From: Eledone cirrhosa
Lineage: Eukaryota
Reading direction: 5' to 3'
NCBI GenBank assembly: GCA_964016885.1
Contig: OZ024743.1
Coordinates: forward strand, 291,462,001-291,526,000
Length of the DNA stretch: 64,000 nucleotides
The notes under the pieces were generated by a model. The model made no database searches, had not been told where the DNA came from, and saw only the letters and a list, made by a program, of their open reading frames with translations. Numbering within the stretch: position 1 is the stretch's first letter; each line of letters opens with the position of its first letter. The position numbers and the translations under genes were made by a program. Positions 23,814 through 36,524 of the stretch are shown one piece after another.

Positions 23814-26285
23814 ATAATAATAATAATAATAATGAAATAGTGTGTACAGTGCTCAGGTGCACTACAACTCATCAAAAGTGTATGTATAGTACATAGGGTA
23901 ATGTACAAACATCAGGAAAATGAACAGTGCATGAGTCATGATACACACATGTGCCCATGTGTATGGAAGGGGTACATCAGGTGTAGTTTTGGCGTATTTC
24001 GGGAAGCATGAGTGTCTTAAATGATGCAGTGTCTCGGCTGCTAACAACTGACGCAGGCAGTTTGTTCCATGCTTCAGCAACGCTGAGCGTGAAAAAAATG
24101 TTTACGAAAGTCATGGAAGCTGTTTTCTGATTTTGTAGGCATGTCCACGGGTGTTAGACACATGGAGATCAAAAAGGTGCTCAGGGTTGCAATTGGCGAG
24201 ATGGTTAATAACTTTGTGGGTAATTACCAAGTCCATTACCAGACGTCGGAGCTTCAATGAATCCATGCCCAGGGAAGCAAGGCGTTCAGAGTATGGTAGC
24301 TGCTTGATGGAGGGTATGAGCTTGGTTGCACGTCTCTGAACAGTTTCCAGGAGGTCAATGTTCTGAGCAAGATAGGGGTTCCAGACTGATGATGCGAATT
24401 CCAAGTGTGGTCGTATCATAGCTGTATACAGTTTTAAATAGATGGCTGGAGAGCGGCTAACAAAGGTCTTGCTGAGTGATGGCAAGACACCCTCGGCCTT
24501 CTTGACAATCTTAGAGACATGCTTTTTCCAACGCAAATCGCTGCTGACAGTAATGCCCAGGTCACGTTCACAAGAGGACTTCTTGATATCAGTGTTGTGG
24601 AGGGAGTATGTGGACGCTGGATTCTTCCTCCCAAAATGCATGGTGGTACACTTGTCCAAAGCCAGCTTCAGTTACCAGTCTGTGATCCATTGCTGCATTG
24701 TGTCCATGTCTGATTGTAGGAAAGAGTTGTAGATTTCAGGATCAGTCCTTTTGATTTCAAGGTACAGCTTGATGTCATCTGCATATTTCAGTACCATGGC
24801 ATTCTGTAAGTTGGCATCTATATCATTAATATATGCCACAAACAAAAGGGGACCAAGAACAGATCCCGGTGGTACACCAGATGACATCTCATATGATGAA
24901 GAATGCTGTCCTAGAAACGTGACTACTTCTTTTCGGCTGAGAATGAAGGATTTCAACCAGCCGAAAAGGTCATCCCTCACACCCATTGCAGAGAGTTTTG
25001 CCATAAGTCTTTTGTGTGGCACAGAATTAAAAGCCTTAGCAAAGTCAAGGTAAACAACATCCACCCATGAGCCGCTGTCAGTGATCCGGGTGATGTCTTC
25101 AGGGAACTCGATAAGCTGATCACAGCAGCTGGAGTTAGGGATACATCCAAACTGTGAGGGCCGGATGAGGCTGTGAGAGCTCCAGAAGTTCCAAAGTGTT
25201 ATTCTGACACAGGATTCCATCAGTTTGGCCATACAGCTAGTAAGTCTGACTGGACGATAGTTGACAGGTGACATGCGGTTGCCCTTTTTGGGGAATGACA
25301 CTGGCAGTTTTCCACTGCTCCGGAGTAGCACCATTGTTGAGACAGTATTGAAAGAAGAAAGATAGCTGACGCAAAAGCAAATACCCGCCACGTTTGAGAA
25401 GCAGGTATGTAACACCATGAAGACCAGGGGAGTTATAGTTGCGCTTATTCTTAAGGTGACGTCGCAACATTGCAGGTGTAAATTCCATAGTTGTTATGGA
25501 ATTTGATGTTAGAGATGGTGGAAATGTTACATTCTGGTTTTCAACAGTAAAAATACTTGCATAGCACTCAGCAATGAGTTCTGCGCATTCTTTGGGATCG
25601 TCAGTGATCTGGCTTGCGTGGGGATTGCGAAGAGGACCAACTGGAGAGTGAGGTCTCTGCTTTGAATGAACATATTTCCAGAACACCTTACTGTCAGGAT
25701 TGGTTGCTATGCACTGTTCAAATTCAAGCACTGCCTTCTTTGTCACTTGCTTGAGATGGTTAGAAGATTTATTCCGCTTTTTTCTGTTGGCATCTGATTT
25801 ATGCAGTTTATATTCCCGTTCAGCGTTCCGACGTTCTTTCCTGGCAAGTCGGACTGCTGAAGTTTCCCAAATTGCACTTTCGGGGTGGTTTTTTTCTGCT
25901 TACGTGGCACCGATGCTGCACACGCTATCTATATTGAGTCCAGGATGATCTGGAGTATAGTGTTCACATATCCACAGTTATACATCTCATGCCAGTTTGG
26001 GCGCTGTAGCTCAGTGCAGTACAAGTTCCAATCTGCTTTCTTCCAATCAAAGCAAGCAGATTGGAGATGGCTCTGGTTTTTTGTTGCTGCCCGCAAGTGC
26101 CAGATTGGCAATGATCATAGCATGATCAGAGTCGCCTAGAGCTTCCTCAGTAGTACAACTGATAACCACTTCAGGAGTAGTGGTGAAGATCAGGTCCAAA
26201 GTGTTGTCACCTCTTGTTGGAGAGGTGACTACTTGTGACCAGTTTGAGTCCAGCACTAGTTCAAGGAAATCATTTACACTCCATT
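23814..26285 (-). mobile_element. CR1-clade LINE, 5'-truncated, frameshifted, (ATT)n tail
   Basis: APE end (PTRGDNTLDLIF, GDSDH). RT motifs NYRPVRLTS, DFAKAFNSVPH, GVPPGSVLGPLLF and KYADD. C-terminal ERDLGI, IRPHLEFASSVWNP, VQRRATK and TRGH. (TAA)n at 23814-23833. Confidence 0.93.
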
Positions 26286-26424
26286 GATTTTAAATATATA
26301 TATGTGTGTTTCTTATTTGCAACATGACTCACCAAAAGCATAACAATATCCGTTTCAACACACGTTTTCAGATAAAGAATCTTGCTAAACAAATTTAGAA
26401 ACGAAATATATATGTATATATATG

Positions 26425-26535
26425 TCACGTGACAGCCATAATTTCATTTATAACCAATCAAGTTACGTTTATTAAAACAAAGCCTTCGTGAGCCACCTTT
26501 TTTTTAAGTAAAAAGAAATTCAAACACCCACACAC

Positions 26536-26595
<60 letters not shown>

Positions 26596-27219
26596 AATAA
26601 ACATACATATCTTTACTTTCTTTATTCAATAGAAAATCTGAATTCTGACACCCCAGCGAACTAACCATATTCCCTGAACCAGGACAATTCTCCCATCCAA
26701 TTTCTTTTGACCATTATCTTTTACTTGTCATAAAATTCTCTAAAAAGGCTACAGAATAGATTTCTAAATAAGGGCGCGAATATTTAGTGAAAACTTGTTC
26801 ACGTGACAGCCATAATTTCATTTATAACCAATCAAATTCCGTTTATAAAAAAAAGCCTTCGTGAGCCCCCCCCCCCCCCCCCCGTCCAGAAATTCAAACA
26901 CTCATATATGAAAAAACAACCTGTGACACCCCACCCCTTTTTTGAAGAACTTTGTGACGCGAACTGGCGCGAAATTTATTATAATTATTGAGCAACCAAT
27001 CAAATTACTTCTCAAAAAACCTGGCATTTCGAGCCACTTTTTCCATATAAAACAAGTAACATTCAGAGACCAACCAGATGTGAGAAAAACCACAGACCCT
27101 CCATCTCAACTCTACTTTTGAAAAGCAGAAGAACTGCGAAACCGGTAAAGGAACCAAATAAATATATATATATTTTTTTAATTAAGACTCCAGTTGCATT
27201 TTCGATTACATCTTTTCTT

Positions 27220-27222
<3 letters not shown>
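26425..27222 (+). mobile_element. Solo, partially tandem pLTR of the 2165-5480 PLE family
   Basis: CACGTGACAGCCATAATTTC at 26426 and 26800. Matches 5214-5480 and the reverse complement of 2230-2655. Confidence 0.88.
27114..27151 (+). ncRNA. Minimal HHR, U3-A8 variant (family B)
   Basis: CUU-UUGAAAA-GCAG AAGAA CUGC-GAAA-CCGG-UA-AAG. Confidence 0.78.
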
Positions 27223-27293
<71 letters not shown>

Positions 27294-27306
27294 TATAAAT
27301 AACGCA

Positions 27307-27355
27307 GGCGTCCAGAAATAGCCGTCGAAACGGCTTGAGCTCTGCCGTCGGGATT
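27307..27355 (+). ncRNA. 3' portion of an HHR (family H), 5' core missing
   Basis: Stem II GGCG...CGUC, then GAAA, stem III CGGC UUGAGCUCU GCCG, GUC triplet. No CUGANGA upstream. Related relics at 11453-11500 (-) and 37505-37548 (+). Confidence 0.45.
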
Positions 27356-27364
27356 AAACATTTT

Positions 27365-27433
<69 letters not shown>

Positions 27434-27974
27434 GTAGTATTTCAGAAGATTCGTTTGAAACATGTTATTCACTTATTGATCATACATCAAGTTCAATGCG
27501 GATCTTTTGAATGTTTATATCCTTTTCTTACAGGCTTTTGTAGCCAATATTGATACTTAAAACAATAGACACATAAACCAGACATTAAGAAAACAAAAGA
27601 TACACATATTATTACAAAGAAAATGAACAGACCGTCTGTCACATCGTACATATTTTAAGTTTCAAATGACTAGTCGATCTAATTATTATTATCTAGAACA
27701 TTATTTTGGAAAATGAAAAAACACAAAGAAAAGACACGCAGAAGAAGAAAATATACATAATATTATCTTGCCTGATATTGTACGAAATATAATAGGAATA
27801 TGGGATTGGGTGCACTACCGACTAATGTTTAAATTCCAGACAATGCTATTCTTTTAGAAATTGGTGTATTAATCTATGTCCCTGTCATTGATAAAACAAA
27901 AACAAAAAGAACTCTGAATAAGCAGCTATACTAGCCAATACTGAAATACAAAGAAACCAACGTACTTGGACACA

Positions 27975-28039
<65 letters not shown>

Positions 28040-28046
<7 letters not shown>

Positions 28047-28308
28047 GTGAGGTTTTTTTTACAAAATGAAAAATAAACGAGGTGTCCTACACGAGTGGAA
28101 GTATAAAGAAAAAGAGATGAAATCGAAAATGCAACTGAAGTCTTATTTTTTTTAAAAATATATATAGATGTGAGAAAAACCACAGACCCTCCATCTCAAC
28201 TCACCTTTTGAAAAGCAAAAGAACTGCGAAACCGGTAAAGGAACCAAATAAATATATATATTTAAAAAAAAAATAAGACTTCAGTTGCATTTTCGATTTC
28301 ATCTCTTT

Positions 28309-28311
<3 letters not shown>
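28040..28311. mobile_element. Tiny head-to-head fold-back of the same PLE pLTR end, containing HHR family B at 28204-28241 (+)
   Basis: 28040-28165 matches 2165-2290 (pLTR on minus) and 28166-28311 is the pLTR on plus. (TA)n on both sides. Confidence 0.85.
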
Positions 28312-28360
<49 letters not shown>

Positions 28361-28401
28361 GTATATATATATATATATATATGTATATGTATATATATAT
28401 G

Positions 28402-28463
<62 letters not shown>

Positions 28464-28467
28464 TATG

Positions 28468-28568
<101 letters not shown>

Positions 28569-28651
28569 GTATATATATATGTATATGTAAATATATATAT
28601 ATAATGAAATGACAGGAGGCTGGATTTGTGTAAATCCTTGAAAGGTTTATT

Positions 28652-28709
28652 ATACTATGATCATTTCAATAATCGGGTTCCGTATGAATCCGGTGATATC
28701 ATCAGGTAT
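28652..28709 (-). ncRNA. Type I hammerhead (family D)
   Basis: Inverted copy of 32069-32126 with intact CUGAUGA and GAAA. Confidence 0.7.
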
Positions 28710-29761
28710 TCGAAATATAATGCGTGAATGTAATATATAAAATCCATAGGGTTGAAAATCGAGGGCCCGAGGGCGACCGCTATCTTGCACCCTCTACCTT
28801 AGCCGGACGCCCTCGAGTGACGTGGCTAAAGCTCACAGTATGCTACTACAGGTCAGATAAAGGAAAACAGAAATGGATGGGAACATAAGTTACAAGTCAA
28901 AAGAAAGAAAGGAAGGAGAGAGAAGAAGAGGGAAGGAAGAAGAAGAGAAGCCAGGGTTAATGTCAGCTATAAGAAGAAATACAGAAAGAAAGAGGAGGGA
29001 AGGTCGGTATTACAGTCAGGCCAGGATTGTCGCGAAGAAATTTTTTTATTCTACGGGACCCGTATCTAAACAACTACTACTGGTCAGATATAGGCGAACA
29101 AAAAGGGGGAAGGAAGATAAGTCTGCGGGAGGAAGACAGAAAGAGGGGAGAAAAGAAGGAAGAAAAGGAAGAAGTAGAAGAGTAAGGGTTGATGGCTACA
29201 AGAGGGAAGATAGAAAGAAAGAGGAAGAAAGGTCGATATTAATGTCAGACTACAGTCAGCCCAGGAGTGGCGCGAGAAAATGTTCACAGGGACCCGTATC
29301 TTAGCAGAGGTGAATATAGTGGGGGTCAGTATGTCATAATGTGTGAGCAGAAGATTGGTTAGGTTTTTTTTAGACTTATAGGATGAAATCAAAGATTAAT
29401 AATTAATATCAAAGAAATTAGAAAATTTAAAGTTAAACAGTTTAACATTTTAAGTTTGATATATATAATAGTTCTGATTTGATCTGTAATTTAAAGGTAC
29501 TATGTGGCGGTTAAAAACCGGCCGCGCTCGGGGCCCCCCGGGGCGAATTCAGCCACTCCGAGTATTTTCATTTACCGAAAGAAGGCGAAATTTATTTGTC
29601 CAAGCACTCAGGGTAGGCCCTTGCCTCGGGGGACTGGTCGCGCCGCCATTAAAACCCACCCAACAGTCCGACAGAAAGTTGGAACTTTAAAATATAGTTT
29701 AAATTCATAGGATGAAGTTGAAGGAATTCAGAATAACATTATAATTATATTATAACTATAA

Positions 29762-29948
29762 AGGCGGTGGATTGGCAGTATTGGTAGAGAGTCGGACACC
29801 ATGCTTTGTAGCATAGAGTTACCTACGTGTATGATCTGAGTTCAAATCCCGCCGAGGTTAACTTTACCTTTCATCCTTACGGGGTCGATAAAATAAAGTA
29901 CCAGTAATGCACTGGGTAATTTATGGCCTTGTGCCAAAAGTAGAAACA
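29762..29948 (+). mobile_element. tRNA-derived SINE (same family as 5498)
   Basis: Full-length match. TSD ATTATAATTATATTATAACTATA at 29738 and 29949. Confidence 0.9.
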
Positions 29949-32068
29949 ATTATAATTATATTATAACTATATTATTAAATTACGATTGACCATACGGAAT
30001 AGACCAGCTCTATACAGAGGTGAACCTCAAACCTGAATAAATAATGCTCCTGAGATGTCGAGCACTTCCAAATGTAAAAATGAACAGCGGCATGGGTCTG
30101 AATATATCTAACCACCATTCAGACTGTGGCTACTCGGTGTTTTCGCCTACCGCCAACCTGGCCCATTGCTACTTCCCTCTCAGAATATTCGGACCTCGAC
30201 GAAACTCTACGGATTATACCATAACATGTATTGTACTGCACTGTATCAACTAAATTAGCTACCCTATACTTCGGGGCATGTATAACTCACACTGAATTCG
30301 AACACACACTGACTCAATTTACACATCTATATGCATTATCTGATTGCACCTTGAACTATATTGTATTTCTCCTGTGTCTTGAACTATCCATTTACCCGAC
30401 TCTTGTCTGTTTATTTATATCTTTATATCTTTATTTGCTGTATTAATGCTTTTCCACGTATTCTACCTCTATACATCCATGTACTTTTACTTCCATTATT
30501 CGGATTTTACTCGTGTGTACCCTTAGCACGCGACACTGGAATGTCTCCCCCTGGGAGCATTAATACTGCAACCTGAACTATATTGTACTTCTACTATGTC
30601 TTGTTTTCTCCATCTTACTCCAACACCTCTCTTGTTGGTTTATTTATATATTTATATTTATATATTGATATATTTATATATTTATACCTTTGCTTTATCA
30701 ATGTGCTCTTCCACGTATTCCACTTCTATGTATCGATGTATTTCTACTCCTCCTACTGGGACTTTTGCTCACTTGTACCCATTAGCACTTGACACTAGAA
30801 TGTCTCCCCATGAGACCAAAAAAATATTACCCGACTATATCCCGTACTCTACATCTCACTAGGATAAATTATAGATCTACCTAATAAAATTAACGTCTCT
30901 TCATAAAAGACTCTCTTTAATTAAACCCCGCAACCCAAATCCTTATAGAAGTTTTTCTTAAATGTTTGATTTTCAATTTTCTGTCTGTTCAATTCTCAAT
31001 CTTCTTACTCTTTAATTTTATAATGTTATTCTGAATTCCTTCAACTTCATCCTATAAATTTAAACTATATTTTAAAGTTCCAACTTTCTGTCGGAGTGTT
31101 GGGTGGGTTTTAATGGCGGCGCGACCAGCCCCCCGAGGCAAGGGCCTACCTTGAGTGTTTGGAAAAATAAATTTCGCCTTCTTTCGGTAAATGAAAATAC
31201 TCGGAGTGGCTTAATTCGCCCCGGGGGGGCCGCAGCGCGGACGGTTTTTACCCGCCACATAGTACCTTTAAATTACAGATCAAATCACAACTATTAGATA
31301 TATCAACCTTAAAATGTTAAACTCTTTAACTTTAAATTTTCTAATTTCTTTGATATTAATTATTAATTAATTATTAATCTTTGATTTCTTCCTATAAGTC
31401 TAAACAAAAACGTAACGTTTCAATCTTCTGCTCACACATTATAACACACTGACCCCCACTATATTCACTTCTGCTAAGATACGGGTCCCTGTGAACATTT
31501 TCTCGCGCCACTCCTGGGCTGACTGTAGTCTGACATTAATATCGACCTTTCTTCCTCTTTCCTTCTATCTTCCCTCTTGTAGCCATCAACCCTTACTCTT
31601 CTACTTCTTCCTTTTCTTCCTTCTTTTCTCCCCTCTTTCTGTCTTCCTCCCGCAGACTTATCTTCCTTCCCCCTTTTTGTTCGCCTATATCTGACCAGTA
31701 GTAGTTGTTTAGATACGGGTGCCGTAGAATAAAAAAATTTCTTCGCGACAATCCTGGCCTGACTGTAATACCGACCTTCCCTCCTCTTTCTTTATGTATT
31801 TCTTCTTATAGCTGACATTACTCCTGGCTTCTCTTCTTCTTCCTTCCCCCTTCTTCTCTCTCCTTCCTTTCTTTCTTTTGTCTTGTAACTTATGTTCCCA
31901 TCCCATTCTGTTTTCCTTTACCTGACCGGTAGAAGCACACTGTGAGCTTTAGCCACGCCACTCGAGGGCGACCGGCTAAGGTAGAGGGTGCAAGATAGCT
32001 GTCGGCCTCGGGCCCTCGATTTTAAGCCCCATGGATTTTATCTATTACATTCACGTATTATATTTCGA

Positions 32069-32126
32069 ATACCTGATGATATCGCCGGATTCATACGGAA
32101 CCCGGTCATTGAAATGATCATAGTAT
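32069..32126 (+). ncRNA. Type I hammerhead (family D), long stem II
   Basis: AUAC-CUGAUGA-UAUCGCCGGAUUC AUACG GAACCCGGUCAUU-GAAA-UGAUCA-UA-GUAU. Palindromic stem III AUGAUCAU, AUA triplet. Confidence 0.78.
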
Positions 32127-32326
32127 AATAAACCTTTCAAGGATTTACACAAGTGCAGCCTCCTGTCATTTAATTACAATATTTAACTCCGTAATAGCAC
32201 CACCAACTACAAAAACAAAGACGGTTGAACTGCTTTACGTTGAGTACTCTCTATATTATTGCATTACGATTGACCATACGGAATAGACCAGCTCTATACA
32301 GTGATGAACCTGAAACCTGAATGATA

Positions 32327-32443
<117 letters not shown>

Positions 32444-33239
32444 TGCATTGTGCTGCGAAAAGAGAATTCATCAAATCTGAACTAGTGATATTGGTGCCTT
32501 TGATATTCTAGTTGCACTCTTGCACATCTTGTTCTTGAAAAGTCTTTCTATCGTATTATTGTTGTTACTCTTCGACAGTGCACAAGTCTATTTCCTCATT
32601 AGTATGTCAATGTGTATAGTAGTCGTAATGAAATTTGTCATTATATTGGTGAATAACCGATGGAAATCACCATCTTTACAAGTTTCAACATCACCTTTCC
32701 ATTCACCATTCATACTCTGGCCATCACCTCTGCTCACCATCTGTAATATATGTTGTTTTCATTTTTCTAACGTATGAGAATTCGGAAACGTATATTAACC
32801 CCAGGTACGGTTGGGAAAGAAATGTTTAAAAATCTCATCAAAAATATCAATAACAAATATTACATCGGAAAAAGAAACTATTATTTTGAAGACACACCGA
32901 TCAAAGGGAAACAGAACTTATATATTGAAGCAACACCAACAATGCTTATGATTTTTTACATAGGCTCGAGGCTCTAGGTTAATGTCCTGGAACACAGATT
33001 ATGTTCACCTAAATCATGGCAGGTACATTATTTTAATCACAAAGTAAATGTGAAATGTAAAGTTAATTTAAATAGAATTTGTTCTCCAAACGTAGAAGGC
33101 GATAACATTTTGTTGCTCTACCGATTCTGCCAATAAATCGCTAGCTGTTGAATTTTCTGTTGCTTTTATTTTTATATACAGAGTAACAACAGGGGCTACA
33201 ACAATTCGCCAAAATTTGGAACTTCGACATTAAATATGT

Positions 33240-33480
33240 TTATTCTGGCTTATATTTTTTCATAATATTGTTTATTATGCTATATACTGCAATCTCTTTG
33301 ATGGCACAACATATCTGTAAATTTGGTGAATCGAAGAGCGTTTGAAAAGTAGTAAATCCCTTTTTTTTATCGGCCACAGTAACCATTCTGCTATCTGGTC
33401 CTATAATATGACCATCAGGTAAATCATAACCACAATATGTAAAGGAAGTAACCATATATAGCGAAACATATGTAAAACAT
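33240..33480 (-). pseudogene. Possible degraded Gypsy-type RT thumb remnant
   Basis: TSFTYCGY...GHIIGPDSRM loosely resembles the 'v.flGh.i...gi.pDp' RT motif. Confidence 0.2.
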
Positions 33481-33510
33481 ATTACAGATGACAGCTCAGC
33501 GATAAATAAT

Positions 33511-33694
33511 TGTTTCTGCTTTAGGCACAAGGCCAGCAATTACCCAGTGCATTACTGGTACTTTATTTTATCGACCCCGTAAGGATGAAAGGCAAAGTCA
33601 ACCTCGGCGGGATTTAAACTCAGATCGTAAAGGGACGTAACTATGCTGGAAAGCATGGCGTCCGACCGTCTACCGATACTGCCAATCCACCGCC
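33511..33694 (-). mobile_element. tRNA-derived SINE (same family)
   Basis: Full-length on minus. Exact 16-bp TSD CTCAGCGATAAATAAT at 33495 and 33695. Confidence 0.93.
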
Positions 33695-34515
33695 CTCAGC
33701 GATAAATAATGATAACAAGTAGATTATTTTAAAGTATTTTTATTAATTCACATGCACGATATCTTGAGCGCGGGTGAGTTATAAACACCAATCTGTATTT
33801 GTCAAGCGGTATCACCTGAATTTTAGTTTAAAGGGTTAAAATGTAAATGGAAACAAAATTTGGCTTACACATGCTAATTTTTTAGCTGAATGCTAAAGTT
33901 GTTTTTCGAAAAATGGCTGATAGCTAAAGCAAAATATAAATATAAACAATAAAAAAACAGGGTGATTTATACCATGCTATATAAAGAGTTTCATCAATAT
34001 TAATTAAATTTGATGAATATCGTTAAAGTGTATAAATGGGAACATGGGGGAGCGACGTTACATGAAAAACAAAAAAATAAAAAAAACGAGGCTCAATAAA
34101 ATAAAATGTTCGCAAGAGAAAATTCAAATAAATGATGTTTGTTCCCAATTTTTCGTTTAGTGAGAAATACCTGCGTTAGAATAAACAGGAGGAAAATGCA
34201 CACAAAAAAAGTAAAACAATCGGCGTAGTAACGCATACGCACACCCCACACCCCCACATATATATATATATATATATACTAGGTGTGTATGTGAGTGTGT
34301 GTGTGCGCGCGTCTGTGTTTCTGTGCGGACTTGTAAGTGTTTATGTATTCCTATATACGAAAAACTACATAGACATTTAAAATGCAGATAAGTAACAATT
34401 ATTAATTCAAAAATTACACGTAATATATCTTGCCAGTGGCAAGATATAATTTAAGATATACAGTCGTGGGAGTGTATGGTGGTATGTGTATAACTTCATA
34501 ACATAAATCAGTAGT

Positions 34516-34965
<450 letters not shown>

Positions 34966-35462
34966 GTGTGTATGTTTGTAAGTATATACTATAACATGTA
35001 TATATATATATAAATATTCATACTTTTCATATGTAGTCATGTAATCATGCTAGAAAATATCAATTTTACAGTAAAATGAAATCAATGGTAAAAACCGTTT
35101 CGAACCTAGTTTGTTCTTTATCATTATTTGTGTATACCATCTAAAGATCCGCTAGGAAGCCCAAAGTTGATGGGCTTATATATGCATTGACTCACAGTAG
35201 TTTTTGAAATTTGATTATAATTAGCGCTCATGTTGGTAATTCATTACGATATGCATTAAGAAGCGCGCCAAACAGCCGGAGTTTATGATCAATTTGCACC
35301 TGTATAAAATCAGAGTGGGTAACCTGACATGCACAACTTGATATATAAATCACAAACTTTCTTAATATATGGACGTGTAAAATACAGATAAATACATATA
35401 CACATACATGTGCATACACACATCTCTCTGTCTCGCTCTCTATACATATATATATATATATG

Positions 35463-35517
<55 letters not shown>

Positions 35518-35518
35518 G

Positions 35519-35942
35519 GAAAAAATGAAACGAATTTCATTTCTCACTCTTAGTACGGCTGTTACTTAAATATAAGTATGTACACGTACATACATATATG
35601 CATACAGACGTACAGTAGTATGTTATACATACATATATATACATGCACACATATATGTATGTACGTATGGATTCACCGAACATTTATTATAATGCTCGGT
35701 GTGTTTGTAAACAAACATCCCAAATTAAGCCGTACAGTGTCTAGCAACCATCGTTGCTCATTTGTTCAACCCTGACAAAGGAACGCTGTACTAGTTTCAA
35801 GCTTATTAGCTATCGTCAGCAACGTATACCTTCCTGCCAGATGATTGACCGTCTCAAAGTATATACTTTCCTTATGCATATTAACGGCTGAGCAGCCTAA
35901 TTTGCAAATCGAGTGAGTTAATCGGCCGCGGTACCGAAAACG
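35519..35942 (-). mobile_element. Diverged monomer of the 521-bp HHR element family
   Basis: Colinear with 16195-16697 but diverged and without the long (TA)n. Confidence 0.82.
35783..35825 (-). ncRNA. Minimal type I hammerhead (family A, diverged subfamily)
   Basis: Minus strand: ACGUUG-CUGACGA-U AGCU AAUA AGCU U-GAAA-CUAG-UA-CAGCGU. Intact core. Confidence 0.85.
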
Positions 35943-35963
35943 GTATATATATATATATATATA

Positions 35964-36481
35964 CATGATGGCTGCAAATTCTGCTAGGAGTATTGCAATC
36001 GCTTGTCGGATTAGAAAGTTCGGGCCACTTTTAGACTACGGCCAGCCACACGAACCTGTAACATTTCCTGAAGAAACAATGCCTGAGCTTTGACGGTTTT
36101 TGAAGTGGGGAAAGGTCTTGCACTCAACAAATCCCACTGTTGAGCAACGAAATCACTATCCAAAAACTAGAACTGGTCAACATCATCGGATGCTTCCGAA
36201 GCCGCAGGTTTTTTCAGAGTCTCCCTCTCCTAGAAAGCTGTTGTGACAACAACTGTGGGCCTCTCACTCCCGGGAAAAAAAGGATTATTTGGATGACCGT
36301 TGACTCTGCTCAGTTACTCTGCCCTTTGCCAGGAGTTGTAATTCATACCGCAGGGTGTCCAAATATGCCCCTCCTCACCATTCAAGATTGGTGGGGTTGC
36401 CGGTTTAGTAACTAATGACCCGACAATAAGACAGGTTGTACTGGGTTACATGTTACTAGTAGCATTAAAGAGCGACCTGAC
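35964..36481 (-). mobile_element. Non-autonomous RTE-5'UTR-derived element (copy A)
   Basis: Minus strand has CTAGGAGAGGGAGACTCTG...AAACC, like the conserved RTE 5'UTR box (recalled). Ends in GCCATC plus an ATGT-type tail. Shares 5' and 3' ends with copy B. Confidence 0.65.
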
Positions 36482-36524
36482 ATATATACATAAATACATA
36501 CATACATAAATACATACATACATA

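Larger units (their letters stand above)
28604..32322. mobile_element. Non-autonomous PLE-like insertion: inverted ~1.14-kb arm (28604-29742, minus) + ~2.3-kb unit (29979-32262, plus) + 60-bp tandem restart
   Basis: 28604-29742 is the reverse complement of ~31020-32173. ATTACGATTGACCATACGGAATAGACCAGCTCTATACAG occurs at 29979 and 32263. HHR near both outer ends. A SINE sits at the junction. Confidence 0.88.

Noticed and set aside
23814-23860. CR1 with (ATT)n tail as the SINE's partner LINE
   Set aside because: The sequence preceding the tail is not homologous to the SINE 3' end.
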